Source of the DNA: an uncultured Candidatus Saccharibacteria bacterium
GTDB taxonomy: Bacteria > Patescibacteriota > Minisyncoccia > Phycocordibacterales > DATDWN01
NCBI GenBank assembly: GCA_964468795.1
Contig: CAYXWL010000001.1
Location: 232,246 to 296,245, forward strand
DNA: 64,000 nucleotides
Direction: 5' to 3'
A model generated the notes under the pieces. It searched no databases and was not told the origin of the DNA. It saw nothing but the letters and a program-made list of their open reading frames with translations. Of the stretch, positions 35,367-46,128 are shown one piece after another. Numbering within the stretch: the stretch's first letter is position 1; every line of letters starts with the position of its first letter. The position numbers were made by a program, and so were the translations under genes.

Positions 35367-36597
35367 AAATCTCATCGGGCCGACTACCTTTTTCATAGCA
35401 AACAAAATGCGAGGTGTGCATTTTATTTAAGATAGGAGTGATGTATTTCCACTCCGCCATAACTTCCCTAGTGCTTATAAACACAGTCTGATCGCCAACC
35501 ATGCAATCACGCAGAATTTTTTGGTATGCCCTGCCCGAATCCTCGCTTGGCACCGGAATTGTGAGCGTAGTTTTATTTTTAAAATAAATTGAAATTTGGC
35601 TATTTTTTTCGGAAAGAGCTTTGCCGTATCTGAGAACGAATGGCACCTTCCTGAAATTTTGCTTGTCTAAAAACAAAGTCACCTCAAAAAGCGTCTCTGT
35701 GCGGGACGAATTTTCCACCCCTGGCTCAAGCAAATATCCGTCATACTGGCCGAATTTCATTTTTTCCAAATCATCTTCTGAAGGAGGAACAATCTTCTCG
35801 AGCACCTCTGCCCGATTATTCTGAATTTGAGAAGGATCTTTGTTTACAGGCAAATCCATTGCAATAAGCGCCACCATTTGAAGCATGTGATTTTGGCCGA
35901 CATCTCGCAAGGCACCGATACCATCATAAAAGGTTCCTCTCAATCCGACTGTAGCTGTCTCAAAAATATCTATTTCAACCTTTTCAATATTTTCACTATT
36001 CCATATGTTGCCATGCTGTTCTGAAACCCTGTGAACCTTCAAAATATCAATCAGAGAATCCTTTGCAAGATAATGGTCAATTCTGTATATCTGCTCTTCT
36101 TTGAATAATTTTCCCAGAAGAGAATCCAAGCGTATAGCTGTATCCAAGTCCTTGCCGAACGGCTTCTCTATAAGCACTCGAGCGAATCCTTGGTCGCCTC
36201 CGCATGGAACAGAAAGTCCAGAAATTGAAATATTTGTGCATATGCTCTCATACATGCTGGGAGGAGTTGCCAGAAAAAAAAGCTTGTTACTGCATTCCCC
36301 CAGCTCCTTGTCTATTTTATCGAGCAGATAATGCGAGAGATTTTTATATGCAGAAACTTCGTCAAAATTACCGCTTACATAAGAAATTATGTTCAAAAAT
36401 GATTCAGTTGATGATGGCAAATTTTCCTTGATAAAGCTTCTTATTTCACTTTCTGAAAATTGCCTTCTTGAAAAACCTACTATTCGAGTATTTGGGAGTT
36501 CTCCACGCCCATGCATCAGAAGGAGTGCTGGCAAAAGCTTTTTTAAAGAAAGATCCCCCGTAATCCCAAACAATATGCAGACAGTCGGTCGGTTCAT
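35356..36597 (-). CDS. zwf: Glucose-6-phosphate 1-dehydrogenase
   Basis: N-terminal NADP-binding ILFGITGDLSLKKLLPAL; active-site RIDHYLAK. Confidence 0.85.
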   Translation of the reverse strand: MNRPTVCILFGITGDLSLKKLLPALLLMHGRGELPNTRIVGFSRRQFSESEIRSFIKENLPSSTESFLNIISYVSGNFDEVSAYKNLSHYLLDKIDKELGECSNKLFFLATPPSMYESICTNISISGLSVPCGGDQGFARVLIEKPFGKDLDTAIRLDSLLGKLFKEEQIYRIDHYLAKDSLIDILKVHRVSEQHGNIWNSENIEKVEIDIFETATVGLRGTFYDGIGALRDVGQNHMLQMVALIAMDLPVNKDPSQIQNNRAEVLEKIVPPSEDDLEKMKFGQYDGYLLEPGVENSSRTETLFEVTLFLDKQNFRKVPFVLRYGKALSEKNSQISIYFKNKTTLTIPVPSEDSGRAYQKILRDCMVGDQTVFISTREVMAEWKYITPILNKMHTSHFVCYEKGSRPDEIFKS

Positions 36598-36656
36598 GGT
36601 ATGATGATTATATCACTAATGAAAATAATTATTCACTTGGCTGATACCAACCAATT

Positions 36657-37124
36657 ATGAGAGGATTTACACTTATCGAAGTACTTGTAGTAATAGCAAT
36701 CATCGGAGTCATGTCGGCAATAATCCTTCCGAACCTGCACACTGTCCGGGACAGAGGTTTTCTAAGTACAACTCTCATGCAGATGAGAGAAATAGCCAAA
36801 GCTGCACAGATATATCAGATAGATAAAGGCTCATATCCGATTGGCTCTGGATTAATAAAAGATCGGCGTCCACTAAGTACCTTACCTGCCGAATTCTCAA
36901 AATATATCGCCGTTCCTACTCCTCAGTGCCACTACTGGGGTTACGGAATTGTCCTAATCAATCAATCAACATTGGTCACGCTCAGAAAAATAATACCTCT
37001 ACAAGGAGGGTTTCAGAATGTTGATATCGCATACTATTGCCTTGACGGGGGGGTAAACTGTATCGACGTTCCTAATTTCGCTTTATATGATATCACTAAA
37101 ATGACAAGCCTTGTTTGCCAGTAA
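36657..37124 (+). CDS. Type IV pilin-like protein (prepilin-type N-terminal methylation domain)
   Basis: MRGFTLIEVLVVIAIIGVMSAIILPNL. Confidence 0.75.
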   Translation: MRGFTLIEVLVVIAIIGVMSAIILPNLHTVRDRGFLSTTLMQMREIAKAAQIYQIDKGSYPIGSGLIKDRRPLSTLPAEFSKYIAVPTPQCHYWGYGIVLINQSTLVTLRKIIPLQGGFQNVDIAYYCLDGGVNCIDVPNFALYDITKMTSLVCQ

Positions 37125-37365
37125 AGCCTGGACAACTGGTAGTTTAATTATTACAGTATTGCTACAATATGAAATAAAAGCGGACTTTAATTATCTTCAT
37201 AAGGTATTAATAGCAGAAAGTTCCTCAAATACAACTAGCGACAATGCCATAAAAAGACAAAGGAAAATTTCTAGATTCAGATAGCTCTACTCGAATCATC
37301 TAAATAATAAATTAAAAGACCACAATCAAAGGTGGTTTTTTAATTGTGGTATCATTCATTTAATT

Positions 37366-39522
37366 ATGGAACTAAAAGACAAGCTGTCGGCACACTTTAG
37401 ACTATCAGAACCGCATAAAAAAGCCCTCTCAAAACTTGGCTTAACAACAATTGAAGACATTCTATACCACTTCCCTGCACGCTATGGCGATACGAACCAA
37501 ATTAAAAATATTTCTTCTCTGATCAAGGGAGATGAGGCTGTCATATTTGGAAGGATTTCAAATTTAAAAACTAGCAAGGCGTTTATAAAAAAAATACCTA
37601 TGTCAGAGGGAGCAGTAGCAGACGAAACCGGATCCCTAAAGCTTGTATGGTTCAACCAACCTTACATTGCAAAAATGATATTTGAAAATTCGCTAGTGAG
37701 AGTAGAAGGCAAAGTGGTAGAAAGAAAAGGAGAGCTATATATGAGCAATCCAAAAATTGAAATGACCAAATCCGTTCCGACCGGAGTTGGCAATTCATTG
37801 TTTGGAGAAAGCGCTGATGACCCCACGCTCTATCCAGTTTATCCGGAAAGCAAAGGCGTATCTTCAGAGTGGATTTATTACACCATACAGAAAATATTTT
37901 CTTCAGGAATACTCGATAAGATTCAAGATCCGATTCCTGAAACAATACTTGAAAAATATAAATTGCCTGGAATTCGGACAGCCTTAATATGGATCCACAC
38001 TCCAAAAAAGCAGGAAAATGCCTTGTCAGCAAGAAAGAGATTTGCTTTTGAAGAGATATTTTTTATTCAGCTGGAAAAGCAGAGAGAAAGAAAACTGTGG
38101 TCAATGCAGAGTTCTTTCTGCATTGATACGAAAGAAAAAGATATAAAAGAGTTCATTTCAAATTTTCCTTTCAAGCCCACCCAATACCAGCTTTCAGCAA
38201 TTGACTCAATAACTTCTGACTTGAAGCGTGGCTACCCAATGTCGAGACTGCTCGAAGGCGACGTGGGATCAGGAAAGACGGCTGTTGCTGCCACCATTAT
38301 ATATGCCGTTACTAACACGAGACCTTTTGGAAAGGATTTTGGGAACTTGCAATGCGCGTACATGGTGCCTACAGAAATTTTGGCAAAACAGCATTACGAA
38401 AATTTTATCTCCTTCTTTAGGCACTTGCCAATAAAAATAGGCTTGGTTACTGGAAGCGAATGCAGAATATTTCCTTCAAAGCTGAATCCGGCAAAATCTA
38501 CTCACATTTCAAAAAATCAGCTTTTAAAATGGGTTGCTAACGGCGAAGTGCCAATACTTATCGGTACGCACACTTTGATACAAAAGTCAGTAACATGGAA
38601 GCATCTGGCGTTTGTGGTGATAGACGAACAGCACAGATTTGGCACTCTCCAAAGACAGAAGCTTACAAGCAAAAGCGGTGTAACCCCACATCTTCTTTCA
38701 ATGACAGCTACTCCTATTCCAAGAACGTTGGCGCTTACGCTTTATGGAGACTTGGACCTTACTGTTCTGGAAGGCATGCCTCATGGAAGAAAGCCTATCA
38801 TTACAAGGATAATTTTGCCTAACGAAAGAGAAAATACATATAACGAAATCAAAAAAGAAATGGCACAAGGCAGACAACTGTATGTCATATGTCCTCGAAT
38901 AGATGAGCCGGACCCAACAAAAGAAATGGCTGTCCTTGCCAAATCTGTAACCTTGGAAGCTGAAAGGCTGAAAAAAGAAGTCTTTAGGGATGCGAAAATA
39001 GCCATCCTCCACTCAAAAATGACTCCCGCAGAAAAAGAATCGGTCATGAGCAAATTTGCCAGCGGAGAAACTGACATACTGGTAGCAACCAGCGTGGTTG
39101 AAGTTGGAGTAAACGTGCCAAACGCTACAATGATAATTATAGAGGGTGCCGAGAGATTTGGACTTTCACAACTGCATCAGCTCAGAGGACGAGTAATAAG
39201 GTCAAACCATCAGGCATACTGCTATGTATTCAGCGAATCTAACAGCCAGAAAACTCGCGATAGGTTAAAAGCCTTAACTACTGCAAAAAATGGATTTGAA
39301 TTGGCTGAGTTTGATCTGGCCCAAAGAGGGGCTGGAGAACTTTACGGCAGAAAGCAGTGGGGCATTTCAGATATTGCCATGGATGCAATTAAAAATATAA
39401 AGCTTGTAGAAGCTTCAAGAGAAGAAGCTGTGAGAATTCTGGAGAAAGATCCGGAATTTAGGAATTATCCTTTAATCCGAGAATATTTTAAGAACAGGAC
39501 TGAAAAAATTCACTTCGAATAG
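37366..39522 (+). CDS. recG: ATP-dependent DNA helicase RecG
   Basis: Wedge domain, helicase motif I DVGSGKTAVAA, DEQHRFG (motif II), 718 aa. Confidence 0.85.
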   Translation: MELKDKLSAHFRLSEPHKKALSKLGLTTIEDILYHFPARYGDTNQIKNISSLIKGDEAVIFGRISNLKTSKAFIKKIPMSEGAVADETGSLKLVWFNQPYIAKMIFENSLVRVEGKVVERKGELYMSNPKIEMTKSVPTGVGNSLFGESADDPTLYPVYPESKGVSSEWIYYTIQKIFSSGILDKIQDPIPETILEKYKLPGIRTALIWIHTPKKQENALSARKRFAFEEIFFIQLEKQRERKLWSMQSSFCIDTKEKDIKEFISNFPFKPTQYQLSAIDSITSDLKRGYPMSRLLEGDVGSGKTAVAATIIYAVTNTRPFGKDFGNLQCAYMVPTEILAKQHYENFISFFRHLPIKIGLVTGSECRIFPSKLNPAKSTHISKNQLLKWVANGEVPILIGTHTLIQKSVTWKHLAFVVIDEQHRFGTLQRQKLTSKSGVTPHLLSMTATPIPRTLALTLYGDLDLTVLEGMPHGRKPIITRIILPNERENTYNEIKKEMAQGRQLYVICPRIDEPDPTKEMAVLAKSVTLEAERLKKEVFRDAKIAILHSKMTPAEKESVMSKFASGETDILVATSVVEVGVNVPNATMIIIEGAERFGLSQLHQLRGRVIRSNHQAYCYVFSESNSQKTRDRLKALTTAKNGFELAEFDLAQRGAGELYGRKQWGISDIAMDAIKNIKLVEASREEAVRILEKDPEFRNYPLIREYFKNRTEKIHFE

Positions 39523-39777
39523 CTATTTCCCCCACCTCCACCTTGGTCTTTCGCCTTTGGCATAGCAAATAATCAATAGGAAAATTGTGTTTATTACGAA
39601 AGGCAAAGAAAAATTAATTAGGGTATCGCTAATAGAATGAGTAAGCCTGTCTACGTTTATAAAATTCAGAACTGTGCCCAACAAATACATGGCCAAAATC
39701 AGATAACCTTCCCAAGATACCGGATACCAGCCCCATCCGAACATTTTTGCTTTGAACCAAAGTTTTCCTTTTTTCAT
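39523..39777 (-). CDS. Small membrane protein (hypothetical)
   Basis: 84 aa, two TM helices. Confidence 0.35.
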   Translation of the reverse strand: MKKGKLWFKAKMFGWGWYPVSWEGYLILAMYLLGTVLNFINVDRLTHSISDTLINFSLPFVINTIFLLIICYAKGERPRWRWGK

Positions 39778-39805
39778 AAAAATATTTTGCTTTTATTTAT
39801 AAATG

Positions 39806-39879
39806 TGCGCCTGCCTGGACTCGAACCAGGGACCCCAGAGGTATAAGCTCTGTGCTCTAACCAACTGAGCTACAGGCGC
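39806..39879 (-). tRNA. tRNA-Ile (anticodon UAU) candidate
   Basis: GCGCCUG UA GCUC AGUUGGUUA GAGC A CAGAG CUUAUAC CUCUG GGGUC CCUGG UUCGAGU CCAGG CAGGCGC A; clean cloverleaf. Confidence 0.7.
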
Positions 39880-39965
39880 AGTGGATGATTTCTATAAATT
39901 AGCATATTTCTTGAAAAATAGAAATTGAAAGGTATTACAAAGGCCGGAGAATAAATCTCCGGCCT

Positions 39966-40175
39966 TCATGCAGCATCCTTCTTGCGAAGGGTGTAGGTGC
40001 CGGTCTTGGCGTCATGCGATAAAACTTCATATCGCCTTCCGCATATTGCACAGGAGAATTCTTTTCTAAAGCCAGAAGCAAGAACTGGCAAAAGTTTCCC
40101 TTTGCACCATAACTCCTTGCCACCTTTGAGAATTTTCCCCGTGCACAGCTCGCTAGCGGTAGTCGTGTTCGACAT
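39966..40175 (-). CDS. GC-rich small Cys-containing ORF (start at MSNTTTASELCTGK), low confidence
   Basis: CTGK..C..CAICGRRY zinc-ribbon-like; GC-rich patch adjacent to tRNA-Ile. Confidence 0.3.
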   Translation of the reverse strand: MSNTTTASELCTGKILKGGKELWCKGKLLPVLASGFRKEFSCAICGRRYEVLSHDAKTGTYTLRKKDAA

Positions 40176-40383
40176 GGCCAAGCTGTCTGAAAACTCCGGC
40201 ATCAGCCCCGATACGCATGAGCTCCGCCTCGCAAACCTCCGGATCGCCATTTACGCGATCTTTCAGCCTGCTGAGCACAGCATCTACCAGTGCAACTTTC
40301 GGATCCTGTGCTCCGTTCTTTCGACAAATCTGGTCCCTGATCCCCGCCCCCAGACTTTCAACCATGTGATGCGAGACCATTTG
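40153..40383 (-). CDS. GC-rich small ORF (start at MVSHHMVES, AGGAGGAG SD)
   Basis: Strong SD, overlaps downstream small ORF by 23 nt. Confidence 0.35.
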   Translation of the reverse strand, partial: QMVSHHMVESLGAGIRDQICRKNGAQDPKVALVDAVLSRLKDRVNGDPEVCEAELMRIGADAGVFRQLGHVEHDYR

Positions 40384-40429
40384 GCTCCTCCTGTCCTGCA
40401 TTCTACAACAAATGGAAATAAATTCAATA

Positions 40430-42367
40430 CTAGGCTTGATGCTCAATGTCCAGCTTCTGCTTTGGAGTAACTCCATGAGCTACAAGTATATTTTCAAATT
40501 CTGCCCTCTCAATTGTTTCGACTTCCATAAGCCTTCTTGCAATTGCTTCTAGCAAATTCATGTTTTGAGAAATAGTAGCCTCGGCTCTCTGCATTGCTTC
40601 GTTCATTATCCGAGAAACTTCTCCATCAACTTCGGCCGCTACCCTTTCAGATATTTCTGTTTCTTCAACACCTCTGCCAAATAAAACTTTTCCTCCTTGG
40701 CCCTCAAGAGCAATAGGTCCGAGCTTATCTGACATTCCGTATTTTGTAACCATGTCTCTAGCTAAAGCTGTCGAAACCTGCAAATCATTTGATGGGCCAG
40801 TAGTCAGATCGCCAAACTTCATTTTTTCAGTAACATATCCGCCAAGCGAAACAACAATATCATCCAAAAATTCCTTCTTTGACTGTAGCTTTTTATCCTC
40901 CAGTGGAAGATGCAGAACGTATCCCGCTGCCCTGCCTCGGGAAATGATAGAAATCTTGTGAACAGGATCTGCATACGAAAGAAGCGACGCTAGGACTGCA
41001 TGGCCAGCTTCGTGATAAGCAGTAATCTCTTTTTCCTTCTTTGAAAGCACATGGCTCTTTCTCTCTGGACCGAGCATAACTTTTTCAATAGAGCGTATAA
41101 GATCGTACTGAGAAACTTTTGTCCTATTTTCTCGCGCAGCCAAGATAGCTCCTTCATTCATGAGAGAATAAAGATCTGCTCCGGAAAAACCCGGCGTTCT
41201 TTCAGCAATAACTTTCAAATTAACATCTTCGGCAAAAGGCTTTCTGTTGCTGTGGACTTTAAGTATCTCTTCTCTGTCTTTCCTATCTGGAAGTTCAAGA
41301 GTTACCCTCCTATCAAACCTGCCTGGTCGCAAAAGAGCAGGGTCTAGAACGTCTGGCCTGTTCGTTGCCGCCATGACAATCACCTTTTCATTCGGCTCGA
41401 AGCCATCCATCTCAACCAAGATCTGATTTAAAGTCTGTTCTCGCTCATCGTTTCCTCCTCCAGCACCAACTCCTCGCACTCGTCCAACCGCATCTATTTC
41501 ATCCACGAAAATAATGGACGGAGAATTCCTCTTTGCCATTGTAAACAAATCTCGCACTCGAGAAGCACCGACTCCGACAAACATCTCGACGAATTCCGAA
41601 CCGGAAATGGAGAAGAAAGCTACCCCCGCCTCACCAGCAACTGCTCTGGCCAGCAAAGTTTTTCCAGTTCCAGGTGCACCCATGAGCAATATTCCTTTTG
41701 GAATTCGAGCACCAATGTCCAAAAACTTCCTCGGGTTTCGAAGAAAATCTACAATTTCAGTCAATTCTTCTTTTGCTTCTTTTGCACCTGCAACATCCTT
41801 GAAGGTTACTCTCTGATTTTTGTCATTTGGATCAATCATCCTAGCCTTCGATTGTCCAAAAGTTAAAGCCTGCATGCCCGCTCCCTTTACCTGCCTTGTA
41901 ATGAACCAGATGAAAACCAAAATGAAAAGTATCGGGAAAATAATCGGAGAAAGATTTATAAACCAGTATCCAAGCCCCGTCTCGTTTTTTATATCAACCT
42001 CGATTGCTGACAACTGCTCTTTTGTAACTCCATAGTTCACCAGCGTCTGTGAAAGTGCTTCGCCAGCTTCTTTCTTTGACGTTTTCTTGTCGCCCGACTT
42101 GTATTCTATATCCAAGCTTTCGCCTCTGACTACGATATTTTTTACAAGACCGCCTTTGATGTCAGAAGATAGAGTAGAGATAGGTATGTCTACTGTCTTA
42201 TCGTTTTTTAAGCCAGTCAAAGCTGAGTAAGCGAAAGAAAGTATGAGAAAAATGGCCAAAACAGAAACTACGTATCCGATAATAGAATTATCCTCCGGGC
42301 CCTTGCCTCCCTTTGGTCTTTTCTTGATTATTATTTTTGTTTTTTCTGGCTGTTCTGGTTTGTTCAT
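40430..42367 (-). CDS. ftsH: ATP-dependent zinc metalloprotease FtsH
   Basis: Walker A GPPGTGKT-like ([13 protein letters not shown]), SRH, HEAGHAV zinc motif; start at MNKPEQ. Confidence 0.9.
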   Translation of the reverse strand: MNKPEQPEKTKIIIKKRPKGGKGPEDNSIIGYVVSVLAIFLILSFAYSALTGLKNDKTVDIPISTLSSDIKGGLVKNIVVRGESLDIEYKSGDKKTSKKEAGEALSQTLVNYGVTKEQLSAIEVDIKNETGLGYWFINLSPIIFPILFILVFIWFITRQVKGAGMQALTFGQSKARMIDPNDKNQRVTFKDVAGAKEAKEELTEIVDFLRNPRKFLDIGARIPKGILLMGAPGTGKTLLARAVAGEAGVAFFSISGSEFVEMFVGVGASRVRDLFTMAKRNSPSIIFVDEIDAVGRVRGVGAGGGNDEREQTLNQILVEMDGFEPNEKVIVMAATNRPDVLDPALLRPGRFDRRVTLELPDRKDREEILKVHSNRKPFAEDVNLKVIAERTPGFSGADLYSLMNEGAILAARENRTKVSQYDLIRSIEKVMLGPERKSHVLSKKEKEITAYHEAGHAVLASLLSYADPVHKISIISRGRAAGYVLHLPLEDKKLQSKKEFLDDIVVSLGGYVTEKMKFGDLTTGPSNDLQVSTALARDMVTKYGMSDKLGPIALEGQGGKVLFGRGVEETEISERVAAEVDGEVSRIMNEAMQRAEATISQNMNLLEAIARRLMEVETIERAEFENILVAHGVTPKQKLDIEHQA

Positions 42368-42492
42368 AGCTACGCACAGTATACATGAAAGCATACAAAA
42401 TAAAAGATGAAGATTAATGGAATAGACATGAAGAGTCATCCTCCTAAATTTGCCTTTTTATGTTAGTCTGTGGTTCTGCTACAATAAAACAG

Positions 42493-42936
42493 ATGTCGCT
42501 TATCACCAACCGAAAAGCCGGCTTTAATTACGAATTCCTAGAAAAATATACTGCAGGTATAGAGCTTTTTGGTTATGAAGTAAAATCGTTGAAAGAAAGC
42601 CATGGGTCTATCGAGGGTGCGCACATAACAGTGAGGGGTGGTGAAGCCTTTATTGTGGGCATGTTTATACCACCATACCAGCAAAACAACACACCAAAAG
42701 ATTACGACCCTTACAGAACTCGAAGATTACTTCTCAATAAAGAAGAAATCGTAAAAATAGCTAAAACCGAAGCCACAAAAGGCTTGACAATTGTCCCTAT
42801 TTCGGTGTATAATAGTAATGGTAAAATTAAGCTCGAGATAGCAGAAGTGCGTGGAAAGAAAAAGTTCGACAAAAGAGAGACTCTGAAGAAAAAGGATTCT
42901 CTCCGCGATGTTGCACGAGAGCTTAAAGATCGATAG
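42493..42936 (+). CDS. smpB: SsrA-binding protein SmpB
   Basis: NRKAGFNYEFLEKYTAGIELFGYEVKSLK conserved SmpB N-terminus; followed by tmRNA. Confidence 0.85.
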   Translation: MSLITNRKAGFNYEFLEKYTAGIELFGYEVKSLKESHGSIEGAHITVRGGEAFIVGMFIPPYQQNNTPKDYDPYRTRRLLLNKEEIVKIAKTEATKGLTIVPISVYNSNGKIKLEIAEVRGKKKFDKRETLKKKDSLRDVARELKDR

Positions 42937-43015
42937 TTTTTTGAAATCACAAACCTGCCTCAATAAGAGAGATTAAACCTTGTTTGAGGATTTTATTTTT
43001 TAGAGCATACGCAGG

Positions 43016-43125
43016 CTTCTAGCATGGGTTCGTCAAGGTACCCTGCCTTGACGAATAGAAGCCGAGGACCGAGCAAACTTTTCGCAGGAAAAGCGAGCGT
43101 CTCTAAGAAATAAGATCCTCAATAA
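43016..43125 (+). repeat. Structured ~110-nt repeat element, copy 1 (long hairpin CUUCUA..UUCGUCAAGG-uacccug-CCUUGACGAA..UAGAAG)
   Basis: About 70 nt nearly identical plus ~40 nt similar to inverted copy at 51600-51737. Confidence 0.5.
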
Positions 43126-43146
43126 AAAGGTTTATACTTCCCTATT

Positions 43147-43536
43147 GGGGATGACAGGTTTTGACATAAGGACGACATTGATTCGTGCAATGCGGAGCTT
43201 CGATAACTCCTGAAACTGTCGAAAACAATAAGTGTAAAAAACTTATCTAAGGGCATTGCGTCTCCTTTTGGAAACGCATTCGCTTTCTCACCAGCACTAG
43301 CATAAGCTAACTCGGTAAGACGGTCATTTCCATGATACCTCTATATGGAAAATGATTGATATAAAACGAGGTTAGGATAAAAGACTGTTCCGACTCTTGT
43401 CCGAAAAATAGGAACTCGATCACAATGTATTTTGTTTGTTCCAAGCATTGTGGTTTAACACACTAAACAATCTACGCACTGTAGAAACGCTTCAATTCTC
43501 TTTATGGACGTGGTTTCGATACCACCATCTCCACAA
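43147..43536 (+). ncRNA. ssrA: tmRNA (ssrA)
   Basis: 5' GGGGAUGACAGGUUUUGACAUAAGGACG (tmRNA 5' consensus GGGG.UGA..GG.UUCGAC..GGA), 3' tRNA-like T-arm GUGGUUUCGAUACCAC + acceptor CAUCUCC; candidate tag reading frame ..GNAFAFSPALA-stop (tentative). Confidence 0.75.
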
Positions 43537-43594
43537 AAAAACAGAACGCCATTTATGGCATTCATCAAAAAACTCCCGTTCGGGAGTTTTTTGA

Positions 43595-44158
43595 TTAGTT
43601 AAAATTTACGTAACTTGGCTTCTGCAAAAGCGAAGCGTCTTTTGCCCATGGGTGGCAGATCCAGCTTGCGCTGTTTGTCCCTGACCCTAATACAGTTCCG
43701 TTTGTGAAATCCTTTGGAACGATTGCAGGGAAATCTGAAATTGATTTTGGCACTGAAAGAGTTCCTGTGCCTCGTCCTTCAGTCCAAATATACATATATC
43801 GTCCGTCATAGACCATGATATTTGATGATCCCCCCAAAGTCCTAAACTCCCCTCTCATTTTTCCATCAGCAAAGAAAATTGTATTTGTCGTTCGCTTTGA
43901 TGGCGTAACCTCTTCGTATGTACATTCATAACTTCCCTTCTGCGGGAAAATATTTGTAAATACATCTGTCTTTACCGTATTTGCAACTTTTGCAGAATTC
44001 TTTTTTTGCTGTGAGTTATTTACAGCTGACTTAGAAGTTGAAGTGCTTGTGGAAGGATAGTTTGTCTCGTTTGATCGAGGCAAGAGTGCAAATACCACAA
44101 GGATGACCCCGACGGCGATGGCAGCTCCATATACCCACATTGGGTGTTTTAATTTCAT
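43595..44158 (-). CDS. Secreted hypothetical protein
   Basis: N-terminal TM/signal, 187 aa. Confidence 0.45.
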   Translation of the reverse strand: MKLKHPMWVYGAAIAVGVILVVFALLPRSNETNYPSTSTSTSKSAVNNSQQKKNSAKVANTVKTDVFTNIFPQKGSYECTYEEVTPSKRTTNTIFFADGKMRGEFRTLGGSSNIMVYDGRYMYIWTEGRGTGTLSVPKSISDFPAIVPKDFTNGTVLGSGTNSASWICHPWAKDASLLQKPSYVNFN

Positions 44159-44237
44159 CTTATTTTAAAAATAATCTAATAGTATATTAATTATAAGGAC
44201 ATGCCTTTATAAAAACAACAAGTCCTGATATACTTAG

Positions 44238-44888
44238 GTGGATAAAAAAATGAAAAAAACTCTTGCTCTCATATTGGTCATACTGGTTGCATCACTCGGC
44301 TACTTTTATTTTATAAAAAAGGAAAAAGCTCCTGCCCCTAGCAACACAAAGACATATAGGAACAGCACGCTCGGCCTATCTTTCATCTACCCCAACATGC
44401 TAACAGCAAGCACTACTGGGTCTTCCGTCGTAGTGCACCACGAAGTTCCGTTCGAGCATCCTGATTACTGTGATTTTCGTGGAGACAATGCCGGCACACA
44501 GAAAAATCTTACTGATTTCAATATTGCTATCAGTCTTTCTGACAAGGATATTGTTGAAACAATAAAACAAAAAAGCCCATATATATCTCCGGAAAACTTC
44601 GTGAATGGAAAAGTAGTAACATCTCCCGGCTTTATTGACGAAGTTGTGATTGGCAATCTTTCCGGATACAAAATAATTGAGGGTGTAGAAGGTTGTGGTC
44701 ATACCACTTACTTTTTCAAAATATCCGACAACAAAACTCTTGTGGTTGTGAGCGATATGATAACCATATTTACAGGCGCTATCCCAGAAGAAACAGCAAG
44801 CAGGGCCAAGGCTGTACCAGGCATTATTACAAGCGAGGAGGCAGACCAGATACTGAAATCTATTATTAGCACATTAAAGGCCAGCTAG
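44238..44888 (+). CDS. Secreted hypothetical protein (YRNSTLGLSFIYP family paralog)
   Basis: Signal/TM then motif shared with 9577..10134 and 46129..47100. Confidence 0.45.
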   Translation: MDKKMKKTLALILVILVASLGYFYFIKKEKAPAPSNTKTYRNSTLGLSFIYPNMLTASTTGSSVVVHHEVPFEHPDYCDFRGDNAGTQKNLTDFNIAISLSDKDIVETIKQKSPYISPENFVNGKVVTSPGFIDEVVIGNLSGYKIIEGVEGCGHTTYFFKISDNKTLVVVSDMITIFTGAIPEETASRAKAVPGIITSEEADQILKSIISTLKAS

Positions 44889-44950
44889 CTTTGCAAAATC
44901 CATAAAATGTGCTATATTTTTACTACTTTTAGAAGTTATCAATAAATTAT

Positions 44951-45460
44951 TTGTCACAAAGCATACGAATAAACAACCAGATAACAGCGCCTGAACTTCG
45001 GGTGATTATGGAAAACGGCGATAATCTTGGTGTCCTCTCCTTTAGAGAAGCTCTGGATAAGGCCAGGGAGGCTGGTTTGGACCTCATAGAGATATCGCCA
45101 AAGGCCATGCCTCCAGTTGCAAAAATCATGGATTATGGTAAATTTCAGTATGCTGAAAACAAGAAGCTAAAAGTGGCTAAAACCAAGGCCAAAAACGTAG
45201 AAGTTAAGAACATTCAAATCAAAGTAGGCACCGGAGACCACGATCTTGAACTCAAGGCTAAAAAAGCCTCAGAATGGCTAAAGGAAGGAAACAGGATAAA
45301 AATTGACCTATTTCTACCCGGCCGAGCTAAGTTTATGGATATTAAATTCTTGGAAGAAAGGATGTCTAGGGTACTTAAGCTGATTACAGAAGAATTCAAA
45401 ATAGCAGACCCAGCCAAAAAGTCACCAAAAGGCCTTAGCATTATTATTGAGAAAGCCTAG
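44951..45460 (+). CDS. infC: Translation initiation factor IF-3
   Basis: ITAPELRVI..GDNLGVLSFREALDKAREAGLDLIEISPKAMPPVAKIMDYGKFQY conserved IF3 N/C domains. Confidence 0.85.
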   Translation: MSQSIRINNQITAPELRVIMENGDNLGVLSFREALDKAREAGLDLIEISPKAMPPVAKIMDYGKFQYAENKKLKVAKTKAKNVEVKNIQIKVGTGDHDLELKAKKASEWLKEGNRIKIDLFLPGRAKFMDIKFLEERMSRVLKLITEEFKIADPAKKSPKGLSIIIEKA

Positions 45461-45478
45461 AGCGGTAAGGAAAATAAC

Positions 45479-45664
45479 ATGTCAACAAAAACAAACAAAT
45501 CATTCACAAAGAGACTGAAAGTCAGCAAGAATGGCAAAATAAAGGCCCGAAAGACTGGTCAGAACCATTTTAACGCAAAGGAGTCTCGACGATCACAGCT
45601 TTCAAAGAAGAAGGATGTTAATTTCCCTATTAGCAACAAGGACCGAGCTTTTTATATAAAGTAA
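45479..45664 (+). CDS. rpmI: 50S ribosomal protein L35
   Basis: KTNKSFTKRLKVSKNGKIKARKTGQNH; infC-rpmI-rplT order. Confidence 0.8.
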   Translation: MSTKTNKSFTKRLKVSKNGKIKARKTGQNHFNAKESRRSQLSKKKDVNFPISNKDRAFYIK

Positions 45665-45745
45665 AGCATAGAGAAATAAGAAAAGAGGTATGAAGAATTC
45701 AAATTCATAACTCAAATCTCAAATCACATAATTCAAATCAAAATC

Positions 45746-46096
45746 ATGACAAGAGTAAAGAAAGGAGTAAATGCTCTAAAATCAAGAAAGAATATCCTAC
45801 GAAAGACAAAAGGCTTTCGACATGGACGAGGTTCAAAGGAAAGACAGGCAATGGACGCCTTGCTTCACGCTGGTGCATATGCATTTGCGCACAGACGAGA
45901 CAAGAAAAGCGATGCTCGAAAGAACTGGAATGTAATGATTTCATATGGAGCAAAGGAGCTTGGAACATCATACTCAAAGCTAATGGGAGCACTAAAGAAG
46001 AAAGGAGTGATGATAGACCGAAAGATCCTCGCGACACTTGTTGCAGAGCATCCAGAAACATTTAAGAAAGTAGTAGCCCTAACATCATCTAAATAA
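45746..46096 (+). CDS. rplT: 50S ribosomal protein L20
   Basis: MTRVKKGVNALKSRKNILRKTKGFRHGR. Confidence 0.85.
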   Translation: MTRVKKGVNALKSRKNILRKTKGFRHGRGSKERQAMDALLHAGAYAFAHRRDKKSDARKNWNVMISYGAKELGTSYSKLMGALKKKGVMIDRKILATLVAEHPETFKKVVALTSSK

Positions 46097-46128
46097 CTAA
46101 AAACTCCGGAGATTACCGGAGTTTTTAG

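Noticed and set aside
36101-36604. Small + strand ORFs antisense to zwf
   Set aside because: They are antisense inside a well-conserved G6PD gene.
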